The notes under the pieces were generated by a model. The model was given only the letters and a program-made list of their open reading frames with translations, was not told where the DNA came from and made no database searches. DNA of 38,081 nucleotides from positions 1 through 38,081 of the forward strand of contig JAOAQY010000030.1 of the NCBI GenBank assembly GCA_025210965.1, read 5' to 3'. The first letter of the stretch is position 1, and the number at the start of each line of letters is the position of its first letter. The position numbers and the translations under genes are program-made. Shown here in pieces: positions 8,822 through 18,121 of this stretch. The DNA is from Tissierellales bacterium (GTDB lineage: Bacteria > Bacillota > Clostridia > Tissierellales > JAOAQY01).

Positions 8822-10246
8822 ATGTATGATATTTTAAATTCATTTGTCAATACTGGTAATACCATACTTTGGTCATATGTACTTATATTTATGCTTATTA
8901 CATTAGGTCTTTACTTTACTATTAGAACTGGTGGAGTTCAGTTTAGAATGTTACCTGAAATGATTCGTCTTTTAACTGAAGGTGCTAGTTCAAAAGGCAA
9001 AAAAGGAGTCTCTTCTGTTCAAGCATTTTGTATAAGTACTGCTTCTAGAGTAGGTACTGGTAATCTAGCTGGTGTAGCACTTGCAATTGCCGCTGGTGGT
9101 CCTGGCGCTGTATTTTGGATGTGGGTAATAGCGCTAATCGGTGCTGGTTCTAGTTTCGTCGAAAGTACTCTTGCTCAGATCTACAAGGTAAAAGATGGTG
9201 ATGGATACCGCGGTGGTCCTGCTTACTATATGGAAAAAGCACTCGGAGCTAAATGGATGGGAATAGCATTCTCTATACTTATAACTCTTTGTTTTGGACT
9301 TGTATTCAATGCAGTTCAATCGAATACTATTGCAGCAGCTTTAAACGAATCTTTCGGCATAGATAAAATTCATATGGGTATAGCTCTTGCTGTATTTACT
9401 GCTATAATTATATTCGGTGGAGTCCACAGAATCGCTAAGGTAACAGAAGTTATCGTTCCAGTAATGGCTGTTGCTTATCTATGTATTGCTGGTTTTGTAA
9501 TAGTAAAAAATATATCTATGATACCTGGAATTTTTTCACTTATATTTGAAAGTGCCTTTGGAATAAGACCTTTTGGTAGTGCAGTACTAGCTACCGTAGT
9601 AACTCAAGGTGTAAAGAGAGGTTTATTCTCAAATGAAGCTGGTATGGGTAGTGCTCCTAATGCAGCTGCAACAGCTGAGGTTTCTCATCCAGTAAAACAA
9701 GGTTTGATTCAAACGCTCGGAGTATTTACAGATACTATACTTATATGTACTGCAACTTCATTTTTGATTCTAATAAGTGGAGTATATCAAACTGGTAGTG
9801 ATAAGGGTATAGAGCTTACTCAAACAGCTCTTAGCTCTCAAGTAGGTGCTTGGGGTGGTATATTTATTTCTATATGTATTTTGCTATTTGCATTTAGCTC
9901 TATAGTTGGTAATTACTACTACGGAGAAACTAATATAGAATTTATGAATTCTAATAAAGTACTAGTAACTATATACCGTTTAGCTGTAGTTTATATGGTA
10001 TTTTGGGGAGCTGGAAGTAAGATTGATATAGTTTGGAATCTAGCAGATCTCTTCATGGGTTCTATGGCAATAATCAACCTTATAGCTATATTATTGCTTG
10101 GCAAGTTTGCCTTTGCAGCTCTAAAGGATTATCAAATTCAAAAGAAAGCTGGAAAGAATCCAGTGTTTAAAGCCTCTTCTATCAAAGGACTTAAAAATAC
10201 TGAGTGCTGGGATGATGAAGATAGCGATATTACTATGTGTAGCTAA
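8822..10246 (+). CDS. Na+:alanine/glycine symporter (AGCS family)
   Basis: 474 aa polytopic protein. The N-terminal TGGVQFR motif and GAGSSFVESTLAQIYK are typical of the AGCS family. Confidence 0.9.
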   Translation: MYDILNSFVNTGNTILWSYVLIFMLITLGLYFTIRTGGVQFRMLPEMIRLLTEGASSKGKKGVSSVQAFCISTASRVGTGNLAGVALAIAAGGPGAVFWMWVIALIGAGSSFVESTLAQIYKVKDGDGYRGGPAYYMEKALGAKWMGIAFSILITLCFGLVFNAVQSNTIAAALNESFGIDKIHMGIALAVFTAIIIFGGVHRIAKVTEVIVPVMAVAYLCIAGFVIVKNISMIPGIFSLIFESAFGIRPFGSAVLATVVTQGVKRGLFSNEAGMGSAPNAAATAEVSHPVKQGLIQTLGVFTDTILICTATSFLILISGVYQTGSDKGIELTQTALSSQVGAWGGIFISICILLFAFSSIVGNYYYGETNIEFMNSNKVLVTIYRLAVVYMVFWGAGSKIDIVWNLADLFMGSMAIINLIAILLLGKFAFAALKDYQIQKKAGKNPVFKASSIKGLKNTECWDDEDSDITMCS

Positions 10247-10267
10247 AATTTACTATATAACCTAACA

Positions 10268-10320
10268 AATCCCCCTATAAATCTAATTGATTAGATTTAT
10301 AGGGGGATTCTTTATCTTTT
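10268..10320. terminator. Bidirectional intrinsic terminator (18-bp perfect stem)
   Basis: AATCCCCCTATAAATCTA / TAGATTTATAGGGGGATT with a 6-nt loop, then CTTTATCTTTT. Sits between convergent genes. Confidence 0.8.
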
Positions 10321-10365
10321 CAATTCTTCAATGATGTAGTTTAATTCATTCATTGCTTGTCTAAA

Positions 10366-10776
10366 TTATACCGCCATATGTTTTTGTATATTTCTCTTCA
10401 CAATACTCTCAAATTCGTCAATTTGATCTTGTGATTCAAATGCTCGCTTAGGGATGACTATAGCTTCAATCTGCGATATGTATAAACTATAATTTATATC
10501 ACTTTTGACCACCTTTACTATTCGATTCCAGCTCAACTTGTTGAAATCATATGCCGTTCTCGCTCTTATACCATCATCATCTATGTCAAATACTTTGTAG
10601 CCTAATGATTTCTTAAATTCCTTGTTCTTGTGTTTTTTGATGGTACGAAGACGCATTCTTCTAAATACGATTGATTCAAAATTGAAATGAAATCCAAAAT
10701 CTAGTATTATAAATCCTATTATCAGGACTAATCCGACTACTAAACTCACCTTAGGAGTCATTAGTGGTCTAAACAA
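10366..10776 (-). CDS. YcxB-like membrane protein
   Basis: 136 aa with two N-terminal TM helices followed by a small soluble domain. This architecture and the sequence pattern resemble the YcxB-like family. Paralog of the next gene. Confidence 0.5.
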   Translation of the reverse strand: MFRPLMTPKVSLVVGLVLIIGFIILDFGFHFNFESIVFRRMRLRTIKKHKNKEFKKSLGYKVFDIDDDGIRARTAYDFNKLSWNRIVKVVKSDINYSLYISQIEAIVIPKRAFESQDQIDEFESIVKRNIQKHMAV

Positions 10777-10861
10777 TCTAAGTGAAGCAAATATTAGAAA
10801 AAACTATGCTTTCATTTCTCTATATCTCATTGCCCTATGACCAAAACCTTTTATATTTTTA

Positions 10862-10906
10862 CAAAAAAAGTTGCTACAAGATATTTTCTCATATCTCGTA
10901 GCAACT
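10862..10906 (-). terminator. Intrinsic terminator downstream of second YcxB-like gene
   Basis: 16-bp stem AGTTGCTACAAGATAT/ATATCTCGTAGCAACT with one mismatch, followed on the minus strand by TTTTTTT. Confidence 0.65.
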
Positions 10907-10980
10907 TCTTTCACAATATTCAACTCTATCTAATGAAAATAAATTTTCAGTATTTCTCAATTTCAAATAAATTGCTCAAC

Positions 10981-11511
10981 TTATTTTCCAGCAAACGCCT
11001 CAACTGTTTTTAACAAATTCTCCATATCTTCATCAGTATCAAAAATACTTTTAGGAATCATTACAGCGCTCATTGAGCTCTGGTAGATATAGATGTATTT
11101 TTCGTCCTGCTCAATTTTATTTACAGATTCCCAGCTGTGATTTACTTTGCTATAATCTGTAGTTACATCTATACCATTTTCACTAATTTCTACAACTCTA
11201 TCTCCTATTAAACCCTTGTTATCATCTTCTTCTATCATTTTTCTCACTCGTTTTTCAACTTGTTTCACTACACTTTTTGGATAAAATATTACCCAAAGTA
11301 CAGCAGCTATTGCAAATGAAATACCCCAATACCATGCAGGTATGTCAGATATCATCGTTATTACAAAAAACATTACAATAAACATAATTGGCCCTACAAG
11401 TCTTTGAATCATTAAAGCTTTCTTACCAGTTTTTGAATGATTCAAATGGTGGATGTTAAATGCCACTATGTCATCTACGCTTTGATTGTAATTCAGTTTC
11501 ACACAAATCAT
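10981..11511 (-). CDS. YcxB-like membrane protein (paralog)
   Basis: 176 aa with the same TM-hairpin plus soluble-domain architecture. It shares an IPK..F......E.F...V motif with the 10366..10776 protein. Confidence 0.5.
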   Translation of the reverse strand: MICVKLNYNQSVDDIVAFNIHHLNHSKTGKKALMIQRLVGPIMFIVMFFVITMISDIPAWYWGISFAIAAVLWVIFYPKSVVKQVEKRVRKMIEEDDNKGLIGDRVVEISENGIDVTTDYSKVNHSWESVNKIEQDEKYIYIYQSSMSAVMIPKSIFDTDEDMENLLKTVEAFAGK

Positions 11512-11557
11512 CCTTTCAAAAATATATATTAGCTCACCGTTATTATATCATATATCA

Positions 11558-12775
11558 TCAAGGCGTTTCTATTCTGAAATCTGGAATTCCTTCTCCCTCT
11601 ATTATTTGTCCACCACTCTCCATTTGATGTGCTTTTGCATATCTGTATTCTTCAAAATCTCTTTTGTAAATATTATCAACATACAATCTATATTTGTGAT
11701 AACCCACTCTCTGCCCTTCCATTATTGCATATAGGGGCAATAGCTTATTTTTGTCATAAGCTGCTCTATAATAACTCTGTGGCGTAGGTCTATCTGCATT
11801 TTCTGCTATGGTTTCTACCACTACTATAGGCTTCAATGTGCGATGAGTTGTATAATCAGACAAGTACCCACTGCCAATACCATTTCCTCTGTTCATCATC
11901 TCATAACCAGTAATTTTTTCAAATACCTTGGCAAGTGATTTAGCTCTTTCATTGTATTTACTTGAAAAATAGTATTGATGCCAATAAAGAATTTGACCTT
12001 GTGAATGATACGATACAAAATTTCTGAAATCATACCTGTCTACATAATTCATGACTATCTTAACTTCTGGCTCGGAAGCAGGCTTTGTTCCGTGAAAATA
12101 AGCCCAAGATGGTTCTTCTCTAAACAAATCACCAGGATACTTTTTCCACAAATCTATCCATTTATTTTCGTCAAAGTCAAAGTATCTAGACGGATAATTC
12201 CTATTAAAATCAACTCCTCTAAGACCTGCTTTATAGTAATTTTTGTCTATATACGTTACTCTAGAGATGCTTTCTCTTGCACGAGGTGTTCTTATAGAAT
12301 CTTCTCCCTTTTTTACCAAATCGAATCCATCTGGGTTTGTGAGAGGCAAAAAGTGAATAACCGATGTATTTAGTATCTCATGCATATTAAATTCTGGTAT
12401 AGTCGCTTCGTTGTAGTAATCCTTGCAATAAAGTTCTATCTCTTTCATCACGAGCACTGGATTAAACGTCTCCCTAGCGTGCGTTCCGGATTCAACTAAA
12501 TAATGCTGCTTGCTTACATTAAATTTGGCACTTCTACTGATCTGAGATATATCTTTCGAAATTCTAATTGCATATATCTGCTTGCCATCAAATGATTTTC
12601 CAAGACTCTCCATCTCAAGTATATCGGGATATTTTTTTGAAAGTGCTACAGCCTGTGAATGAATATCACTTGATAAATAACTTGCACCTCTATCTATATC
12701 AACTATATCCTGTGCTTTAGCTTGTGAGCTTAGAATAGTACATAAAAATATAATAGCAATCAACTTTAATTTCAA
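11558..12775 (-). CDS. Secreted M14-family zinc carboxypeptidase (gamma-D-glutamyl-diamino-acid peptidase-like)
   Basis: 405 aa with a signal peptide. It has the GTHARE motif (the HxxE zinc ligands of M14) and a peptidase_M14-like fold pattern. Confidence 0.7.
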   Translation of the reverse strand: MKLKLIAIIFLCTILSSQAKAQDIVDIDRGASYLSSDIHSQAVALSKKYPDILEMESLGKSFDGKQIYAIRISKDISQISRSAKFNVSKQHYLVESGTHARETFNPVLVMKEIELYCKDYYNEATIPEFNMHEILNTSVIHFLPLTNPDGFDLVKKGEDSIRTPRARESISRVTYIDKNYYKAGLRGVDFNRNYPSRYFDFDENKWIDLWKKYPGDLFREEPSWAYFHGTKPASEPEVKIVMNYVDRYDFRNFVSYHSQGQILYWHQYYFSSKYNERAKSLAKVFEKITGYEMMNRGNGIGSGYLSDYTTHRTLKPIVVVETIAENADRPTPQSYYRAAYDKNKLLPLYAIMEGQRVGYHKYRLYVDNIYKRDFEEYRYAKAHQMESGGQIIEGEGIPDFRIETP

Positions 12776-12863
12776 TATCTCACCTCCTATCGTCCATCTT
12801 CACTTTACTTATACCCACAGTCACAATTAAAGCACTTATTTGTAGTTATGATTAACAAAGTTT

Positions 12864-12912
12864 ACAAAAAAAGCAGCATGAAATCATCATTTCTGATTAA
12901 TTTCATGCTGCT
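12864..12912 (-). terminator. Intrinsic terminator of the floT-nfeD operon
   Basis: 13-bp perfect stem AGCAGCATGAAAT/ATTTCATGCTGCT, with a poly-U tract on the minus strand. Confidence 0.75.
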
Positions 12913-12930
12913 CTCCGCCTTCTATAATTA

Positions 12931-14391
12931 TTATTTTTCTTCTAACTGCTCTTCTTTTGCGATTTCATTTTTTTCAAATTCTGCATCTACCACTGGAGCT
13001 TCTATAGCGTCCTGAATCATTTGATCTTTTTTCTCTTCCATTTCTTTTACTAGGTAATCAGGAAGCTGAAGTCCTGCCATCTGGAATAAATCGTTCATTG
13101 GTGGGATAGATTTCATCATGCCTGATAAGAAATTAGCTGTAGATGTTTTACCATCTCCACCTCCATTTGCTCCATCCCAAACAACCACTTTATCAATTTT
13201 AAGATTTTTGATAGCTTCTACTTGAATCTTAACTAAATCTTCTAATTTATCTGCAATCATAAGCATAGCTGCTTCTTGAGCATTTCCATTAGCTGCCTCT
13301 ACTAGGGCTTTGAAACCTTCTGCTTGTTTAACAAGAATTTCGTTCATACCTTTCGCTTGGGCTTCCATTTTTGCATATATAGCATCCGCTTCACCACGAG
13401 CATGACGTCTTGCCTTTTCTGCCTCTGCCTCTGCATCAATTTCCATACGTCTCTTATCGATTTCTGCATTTACGATAACATCGGCTTCTTTAGTAGCTTT
13501 CTCTTTTCTCGCTCTTTGTTTCTCTGCAAGTTCCTCTGCTACATATGATTCTTCAAGAGCCTTAGCAGCTTGAATTTTCTCTGCAGATACTGCAATTTTA
13601 TTAGCTTCGGCTTCTTTAACCCTTTTGTCTGCATCAGACTGAGCTATAGTTACTTTAGAAAGGTTTTCACCCTCTACAGCAGTTGCATTTGCCTCTGCGA
13701 CTTGAACCCTCTGGTCTCTAGTTGCATTTGCCTCACCGATAGAACCATCTCTATTCTTCTCAGCAACGCTTTTCTTAGCATCGTTTATTGCTTTAGCTGC
13801 AGCTTCTTTACCAAGTGCATCTATATAGCCCGATTCATCGTTTATGTCTGTAACGTTTACGTTTATTAGTCTAAGACCTATTTTCTTAAGTTCTGTCTCG
13901 ACATTATTTGATACTGCCGCTAAGAATTTGTCTCTATCTGTATTTATCTCTTCGATATCCATAGTTGCTACAACGAGTCTCAATTGACCAAATATGATAT
14001 CTTTAGCTAACTCTTGTATCTCTGTTCTCTGAAGTCCTAAAAGACGTTCTGCTGCATTTTGCATCACTCCAGGTTCTACTGATACCCCTACTGTAAATCT
14101 AGATGGTACGTCAATTCTGATATTTTGCTTACTAAGTGCATTTGTTAAATTTACCTCTATAGATATTGGTGTCAAATCCAAAAATGCATATGATTGGAAT
14201 ACTGGCCAAATAAATGCGGCTCCACCGTGAATACAATTAGCTGACTTATTGCCACCATCACCACTTTTACCAACCTTACCGTATTTAACTAAAATTTTGT
14301 CCGATGGGCATTTTTTGTACCTTGAAAATAAAGCACCTAGTAATCCAAATATAAATACGACTACCACTGCTATGTAAATCAATCCTTCCAT
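12931..14391 (-). CDS. floT: Flotillin (SPFH/band-7 domain, FloT/YuaG-like)
   Basis: 486 aa with an N-terminal TM anchor, an SPFH domain, a long Ala/Glu/Lys-rich coiled coil and a C-terminal region typical of bacterial flotillins. Confidence 0.85.
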   Translation of the reverse strand: MEGLIYIAVVVVFIFGLLGALFSRYKKCPSDKILVKYGKVGKSGDGGNKSANCIHGGAAFIWPVFQSYAFLDLTPISIEVNLTNALSKQNIRIDVPSRFTVGVSVEPGVMQNAAERLLGLQRTEIQELAKDIIFGQLRLVVATMDIEEINTDRDKFLAAVSNNVETELKKIGLRLINVNVTDINDESGYIDALGKEAAAKAINDAKKSVAEKNRDGSIGEANATRDQRVQVAEANATAVEGENLSKVTIAQSDADKRVKEAEANKIAVSAEKIQAAKALEESYVAEELAEKQRARKEKATKEADVIVNAEIDKRRMEIDAEAEAEKARRHARGEADAIYAKMEAQAKGMNEILVKQAEGFKALVEAANGNAQEAAMLMIADKLEDLVKIQVEAIKNLKIDKVVVWDGANGGGDGKTSTANFLSGMMKSIPPMNDLFQMAGLQLPDYLVKEMEEKKDQMIQDAIEAPVVDAEFEKNEIAKEEQLEEK

Positions 14392-14414
14392 GTCAATTCC
14401 TCCTAGTCTGTTTT

Positions 14415-15041
14415 TTAATTATCCTTTTTTAAAGATGTTTTTTTGCTAACTTTTTCAACCAAAACCACTTGATTATTCATTACTCCCACAACCTTTATCC
14501 ATTCTCTAGTTTGTATAGGAGCAGTACTTTCAGTCATAGCTTCTAATTCTCTAAGACTGTCCTGAACTTTGATTTGAATCTTTCCCATACCTTCCTTAGA
14601 TTTTGGTATAGTTAGATAAACTTCTCCTTCTTTACCTAATGCATTTTTTATATCTAGATTTCCACTAGATGTCATCTTTTTCATTCCATAAAATAGCCCT
14701 GCTGAAACCATCATCATGATCCCACCACTTATAACACCAAGTATTAGCGAAGTCGTTTCACTCTTTCCACTAGATACGGCCCAAAGCGCCCCCCATGAAA
14801 AGAATGTAAAAAATGCTATAAAATTTCTGACTGTAAATATCTGAAATGAGACTTCAAAATCTCCATCGAACTCCCCTTCAAAATCTCCATCCACTTCACC
14901 AACCGGTATATCTACATCCGCATCTCCACCCATTCCAACAAATGTCATTATTGTTTGAATTACAAGTGCCAATGTAGCAGGAACAGCGATATAATAAAGT
15001 ATGTGTTCTAAATTGCTCAGTCCATTCCACCAATTTTGCAT
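14415..15041 (-). CDS. NfeD-like membrane protein (flotillin-associated)
   Basis: 208 aa with multiple TM segments and a C-terminal OB-fold-like beta domain. Lies 23 bp upstream of floT, as in the yuaF-yuaG arrangement. Confidence 0.75.
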   Translation of the reverse strand: MQNWWNGLSNLEHILYYIAVPATLALVIQTIMTFVGMGGDADVDIPVGEVDGDFEGEFDGDFEVSFQIFTVRNFIAFFTFFSWGALWAVSSGKSETTSLILGVISGGIMMMVSAGLFYGMKKMTSSGNLDIKNALGKEGEVYLTIPKSKEGMGKIQIKVQDSLRELEAMTESTAPIQTREWIKVVGVMNNQVVLVEKVSKKTSLKKDN

Positions 15042-15167
15042 ATTACTCCTCCTCTCTCCAATTATTTATTTACACTAATTGTGAACATCTTTATTTATAT
15101 ATTGTATTATCTTTTCGGTATTTTTTCAATCTTTCGAATAGTTTTTAAGTTATTTTTATGTTAATTT

Positions 15168-15226
15168 TTTTTATTTATAAAAATAAGCGAATTTCCTTAC
15201 AATCTAGTGCAAGAAAATTCGCTTAT
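15168..15226 (-). terminator. Intrinsic terminator downstream of gene 15241..15681
   Basis: 12-bp perfect stem ATAAGCGAATTT/AAATTCGCTTAT with a 20-nt loop and a U-rich tail on the minus strand. Confidence 0.6.
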
Positions 15227-15240
15227 CCATTTATTCAGTG

Positions 15241-15681
15241 TTATTTTAAATAATCACTAAATATTTCTTCTATACTTTCATTTAGTATATATACCTTATC
15301 ACCAACAATCATTTGATTGTAGGATGGTGTATATGAAATTCCAACATTTTTTTGAGAATCTTTGTATTGAATTTCTGCAGTATACGTAGGTCCATATATA
15401 GTTTCTCCAGTATAATTCTCATAGTCCTCAACCTTATCATAGCTTATACTATCAATTGCCTTTTTAAATTTTTCTATATCTTTTTTTTCTTTCAAGAGTA
15501 CTGATTTCATTCCTACTCCATCTACATCATACGGCCCTTTATTCATTTCAACGGCAATTGCCTCTTCATCAATTTTTGAACTCGAATTGATTACAAAAAA
15601 AACTGCTAGCAATAATACAATACAAAAAACAACTACATATATCGTCTTTTTATTTTTTATCATTTGTTGCTCCTTTCTCAA
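15241..15681 (-). CDS. Hypothetical membrane-anchored small protein
   Basis: 146 aa with a single N-terminal TM helix and a near-consensus promoter (TTGACG-17-TAAAAT) plus AAAGGAG RBS upstream. No recognisable domain. Confidence 0.5.
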   Translation of the reverse strand: MRKEQQMIKNKKTIYVVVFCIVLLLAVFFVINSSSKIDEEAIAVEMNKGPYDVDGVGMKSVLLKEKKDIEKFKKAIDSISYDKVEDYENYTGETIYGPTYTAEIQYKDSQKNVGISYTPSYNQMIVGDKVYILNESIEEIFSDYLK

Positions 15682-15704
15682 ATTTAGAATATATCTTCTT
15701 CTAA

Positions 15705-15733
15705 ATTTTATCAGCTTAATTAATCACCGTCAA
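15705..15733 (-). promoter_or_regulatory. Near-consensus sigma-A promoter for gene 15241..15681 (TTGACG-17-TAAAAT)
   Basis: The -35 is the reverse complement of 15728-15733 and the -10 the reverse complement of 15705-15710, with a 17-nt spacer. Confidence 0.5.
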
Positions 15734-15767
15734 TAGTATTAACTATTAAATTTAATAGTTAATACTA
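15734..15767. repeat. Perfect 34-bp AT-rich palindrome (TAGTATTAACTATTAAA|TTTAATAGTTAATACTA)
   Basis: Read directly. It is perfectly self-complementary and directly abuts the -35 hexamer of the promoter above. It also lies about 708 bp from the IS200-like left-end hairpins. Confidence 0.9.
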
Positions 15768-15896
15768 CTATTTTTTAGATTATTTCCTTTTTAATCAAAT
15801 GAATATTTGCTTTCGCCCTTTAAGGTCATGGTACTTGATTGTGCTTTAAGACACATTGATTAGCCTTCCAACCGTTTTTTATTCTCACACTTCCCC

Positions 15897-16298
15897 TCAA
15901 TAGGGTCTATTATTTATTCCTATTTTTTTATTTTGTCCTACTGTATTCACATAATAGTCCTTACACTAAAATCCTCCGTTTCCACTACTTATATTTTAAA
16001 TTAGCATGTCTATCAAATATCATCAGACTAATCTTCCCTTTCAAATATCCCCTGAGTAATGAAACATTTATTTTCAGTGGTATTGACACTAGCATGTGTA
16101 TATAATCTTTATATGATTCAACTTCTATTATCTCTACTCTTTTGTATTCGCACAACTGTATCAATATTTTTCCTATGTCACTTTCTATATTTCCATAAAT
16201 CACTTGTCTTCTATATTTTGGTGCAAATACTATATACTATTTACAATCCTATTTTGTATGTACTAAACTATTTATATACTTCACTATTTATAAGACAT
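15897..16298 (-). pseudogene. tnpA: IS200-type Y1 transposase tnpA pseudogene (three in-frame TAG codons and one frameshift)
   Basis: The conceptual translation reads ...SLVHTK*DCK*YIVFAPKYRRQVIYGNIESDIGKILIQLCEYKRVEIIEVESYKDYIHMLVSIPLKINVSLLRGYLKGKISLMIFDRHANLKYK, then shifts +1 to GNGGF*CKDYYVNTVGQNKKIGINN. This aligns along its full length to Salmonella IS200 TnpA (HTRWNCKYHIVFAPKYRRQ...HIHML.EIPPK.SVS...GYLKGKSS...FWCRGYYVDTVG). The TAG codons fall at conserved W, Y and W positions. Confidence 0.8.
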
Positions 16299-16445
16299 CC
16301 TTTGTTATAATTTTTAGGTTTGCTTACCTCGCTTTATTATAATAAATGGTTTTTTTCACCGCTAAAGCGCCTTAGTACCACCCGCGTAGCGGGTGAATCT
16401 AAAAACCGCACAGACATAAATCTGTACGGTTTTAATCTTTATATT

Positions 16446-17378
16446 TTAAAATGATTTTAGATCCTCTACACTAAACATCCACTCTGGTGTTTGAATCTCA
16501 GTCGTTTCGTTTAAAGAATACCACACCCCACCATTTTGATCTTTAGGATTTAGCAATACCTGCATATCCTGTGCTGGCATATAGCTCTGTATCAACAAAT
16601 ATCTCTTTTCCTTTGTCTCACGATTTTCCACCATATCTGCAACTATAACTGCATGACCTGGTGAACCCCCTTGAATCAATATATCTCCAATCTGCATATC
16701 CTTAAAATTCTTTGAATTTAGCTCTCGAGAAAGAGATAATGTACCTGCATATGTGAATATGAAATCTAAATAATCTCTAAATGTCTGGTAGTCATCAGAT
16801 GGATCTGTAGCTAATATCCAGCTCGTTTCATTTCCTTCAAATATTACTCGGTGGCCAGCCTTCCAGTCGCTATAAGGAACTTTAAACCCATTTGTAAGAT
16901 TGAAACTAATTGATTCATGTTCTCCTTTTTGCCACAGATACTCACTTCTAAGCCTCATTATAGCATCAGCACATTGTTGCAAGTCTCTATCTCCTACATC
17001 TAAATCTACCACAGCTGCATAAACCCCTTCTGCTGGTTTTTCTCTGCCATCATAGTAATGTACCGTGCTCCCTTCACTTTTGAGTGGTAAATTTCTAAGA
17101 AACTTTGCAAAGCTACCCTCCTGAACACCTATGCGCGTAAAACCTTCTGGAGGCTGTATTCTCATCTCTAATGTATCTAATTCTCCATCTACAAACTCTT
17201 CTTCAACTGATTTTTCTTTCTCTATTGTTTTACCATTTACTATATCATTTTTCATTTCTTTCAATATCTCGTCTTTACTCTTAACTGTCTGATTTGACGT
17301 TCTAGCATGACTAGAACTACATCCAGTTAGCAATAACATGAAGATTAGTATAAAACCAATAATTCTAAAACTTTTCAT
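16446..17378 (-). CDS. Lipoprotein of unknown function (possibly DUF4846-type)
   Basis: 310 aa with a lipoprotein signal peptide (LLLTGCSSS). The domain recall is weak. Confidence 0.55.
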   Translation of the reverse strand: MKSFRIIGFILIFMLLLTGCSSSHARTSNQTVKSKDEILKEMKNDIVNGKTIEKEKSVEEEFVDGELDTLEMRIQPPEGFTRIGVQEGSFAKFLRNLPLKSEGSTVHYYDGREKPAEGVYAAVVDLDVGDRDLQQCADAIMRLRSEYLWQKGEHESISFNLTNGFKVPYSDWKAGHRVIFEGNETSWILATDPSDDYQTFRDYLDFIFTYAGTLSLSRELNSKNFKDMQIGDILIQGGSPGHAVIVADMVENRETKEKRYLLIQSYMPAQDMQVLLNPKDQNGGVWYSLNETTEIQTPEWMFSVEDLKSF

Positions 17379-17516
17379 ATGATTTTCACCCCATTTTCTG
17401 CAAAACTAACCTTGTACTTGGGTTTATTCTATCAAATCCTTGCATCATCAAGGTTACAAATTTATTGCAATTTGATGAAGTTTTACTTACTGATTCACTT
17501 TATATACCCGAATAAG

Positions 17517-18053
17517 CTACAACAACTCATCACTAAAAAATTCAATTATTTTATGTAGCATTTCATCTCTATTATCTATATTTATCTCCATAACAAGCAC
17601 ATCTTCTCTTTGTTTTACTTCTTCTAGAAATGGATTTGTTTTAATTTTAATTACTCCTAATGTCCTTTGATTTCCATCTAGCACAGAGTGTACTGCTTCT
17701 CTAAATTTTATAGCATTTAACTCAAAAAATCCCAATTCATCCATTATAACCATGTCCTCTTCATGTTCTCTCGCTTCCTTGAGTAACTCTACACCGTATG
17801 TATCAAATACCTCGCAAATACCCTTAAATCTACTCGCATCTTCATCTTTTATTCCTACTATATGCGCATCTCTCACTCTTGGATTTTCATTTGCTCCTAT
17901 CATTTGAAAACCGCTGTGTACTCCATCTTCTATGTAAGGACAAGTTCTAAAACCAGACCAATGTTTTTTACCATTTAGGTACTCTCTATACTTGGCTATG
18001 AGTGTTGATTTTCCTATTTGAATTTCCCCTGTTAAAAATAAATGCTTTTTCAC
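17517..18053 (-). CDS. Small P-loop nucleoside-triphosphatase (NTPase_1/THEP1-like)
   Basis: 178 aa with Walker A (GEIQIGKST) and Walker B (VIMDELG). Its size and layout fit the NTPase_1 family. Confidence 0.65.
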   Translation of the reverse strand: MKKHLFLTGEIQIGKSTLIAKYREYLNGKKHWSGFRTCPYIEDGVHSGFQMIGANENPRVRDAHIVGIKDEDASRFKGICEVFDTYGVELLKEAREHEEDMVIMDELGFFELNAIKFREAVHSVLDGNQRTLGVIKIKTNPFLEEVKQREDVLVMEINIDNRDEMLHKIIEFFSDELL

Positions 18054-18067
18054 ATTCTCATCTCCCG

Positions 18068-18121
18068 ACTGTAAATAAAATTAGCGATATCTCTTACAAT
18101 ACAATTGTAAAAGATATCGCT
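18068..18121 (-). terminator. Intrinsic terminator at the end of the lysine/DAP operon
   Basis: 11-bp perfect stem TAGCGATATCT/AGATATCGCTA with a U-rich tail on the minus strand, lying 23 nt after the aminotransferase stop. Confidence 0.7.

Larger units (their letters stand above)
15734..16441 (-). mobile_element. Decayed IS200-like (IS200/IS605 family) element; boundaries tentative
   Basis: A tnpA pseudogene flanked at the tnpA-proximal end by GC-rich hairpins (16379-16395 and 16402-16433), like the IS200 left-end terminator and RBS hairpins. The ~708 bp span matches the IS200 size only if the 34-bp palindrome marks the far end. Confidence 0.45.

Noticed and set aside
891-12373. Assorted 60-160 aa ORFs nested in or antisense to annotated genes (891..1214, 3527..3853, 5707..5910, 7477..7752, 9134..9319, 12005..12373)
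   Set aside because: All are fully contained within longer, well-supported CDSs, lack RBSs and have atypical composition.
13324-13869. Two Cys/Phe/Leu-rich plus-strand ORFs (74 and 99 aa)
   Set aside because: They are antisense to the Ala/Glu/Lys-rich coiled-coil segment of flotillin, which is the well-known antisense artefact.
16059-16310. 83-aa plus-strand ORF (MKHLFSVVLTL...)
   Set aside because: It is antisense to the IS200 tnpA pseudogene, in an AT-rich region with no RBS.
16321-16445. Possible tRNA or small RNA in the GC-rich hairpin cluster
   Set aside because: No cloverleaf can be drawn. The hairpins fit the IS200 left-end terminator/RBS-occluding structures and the terminator of the adjacent lipoprotein gene.
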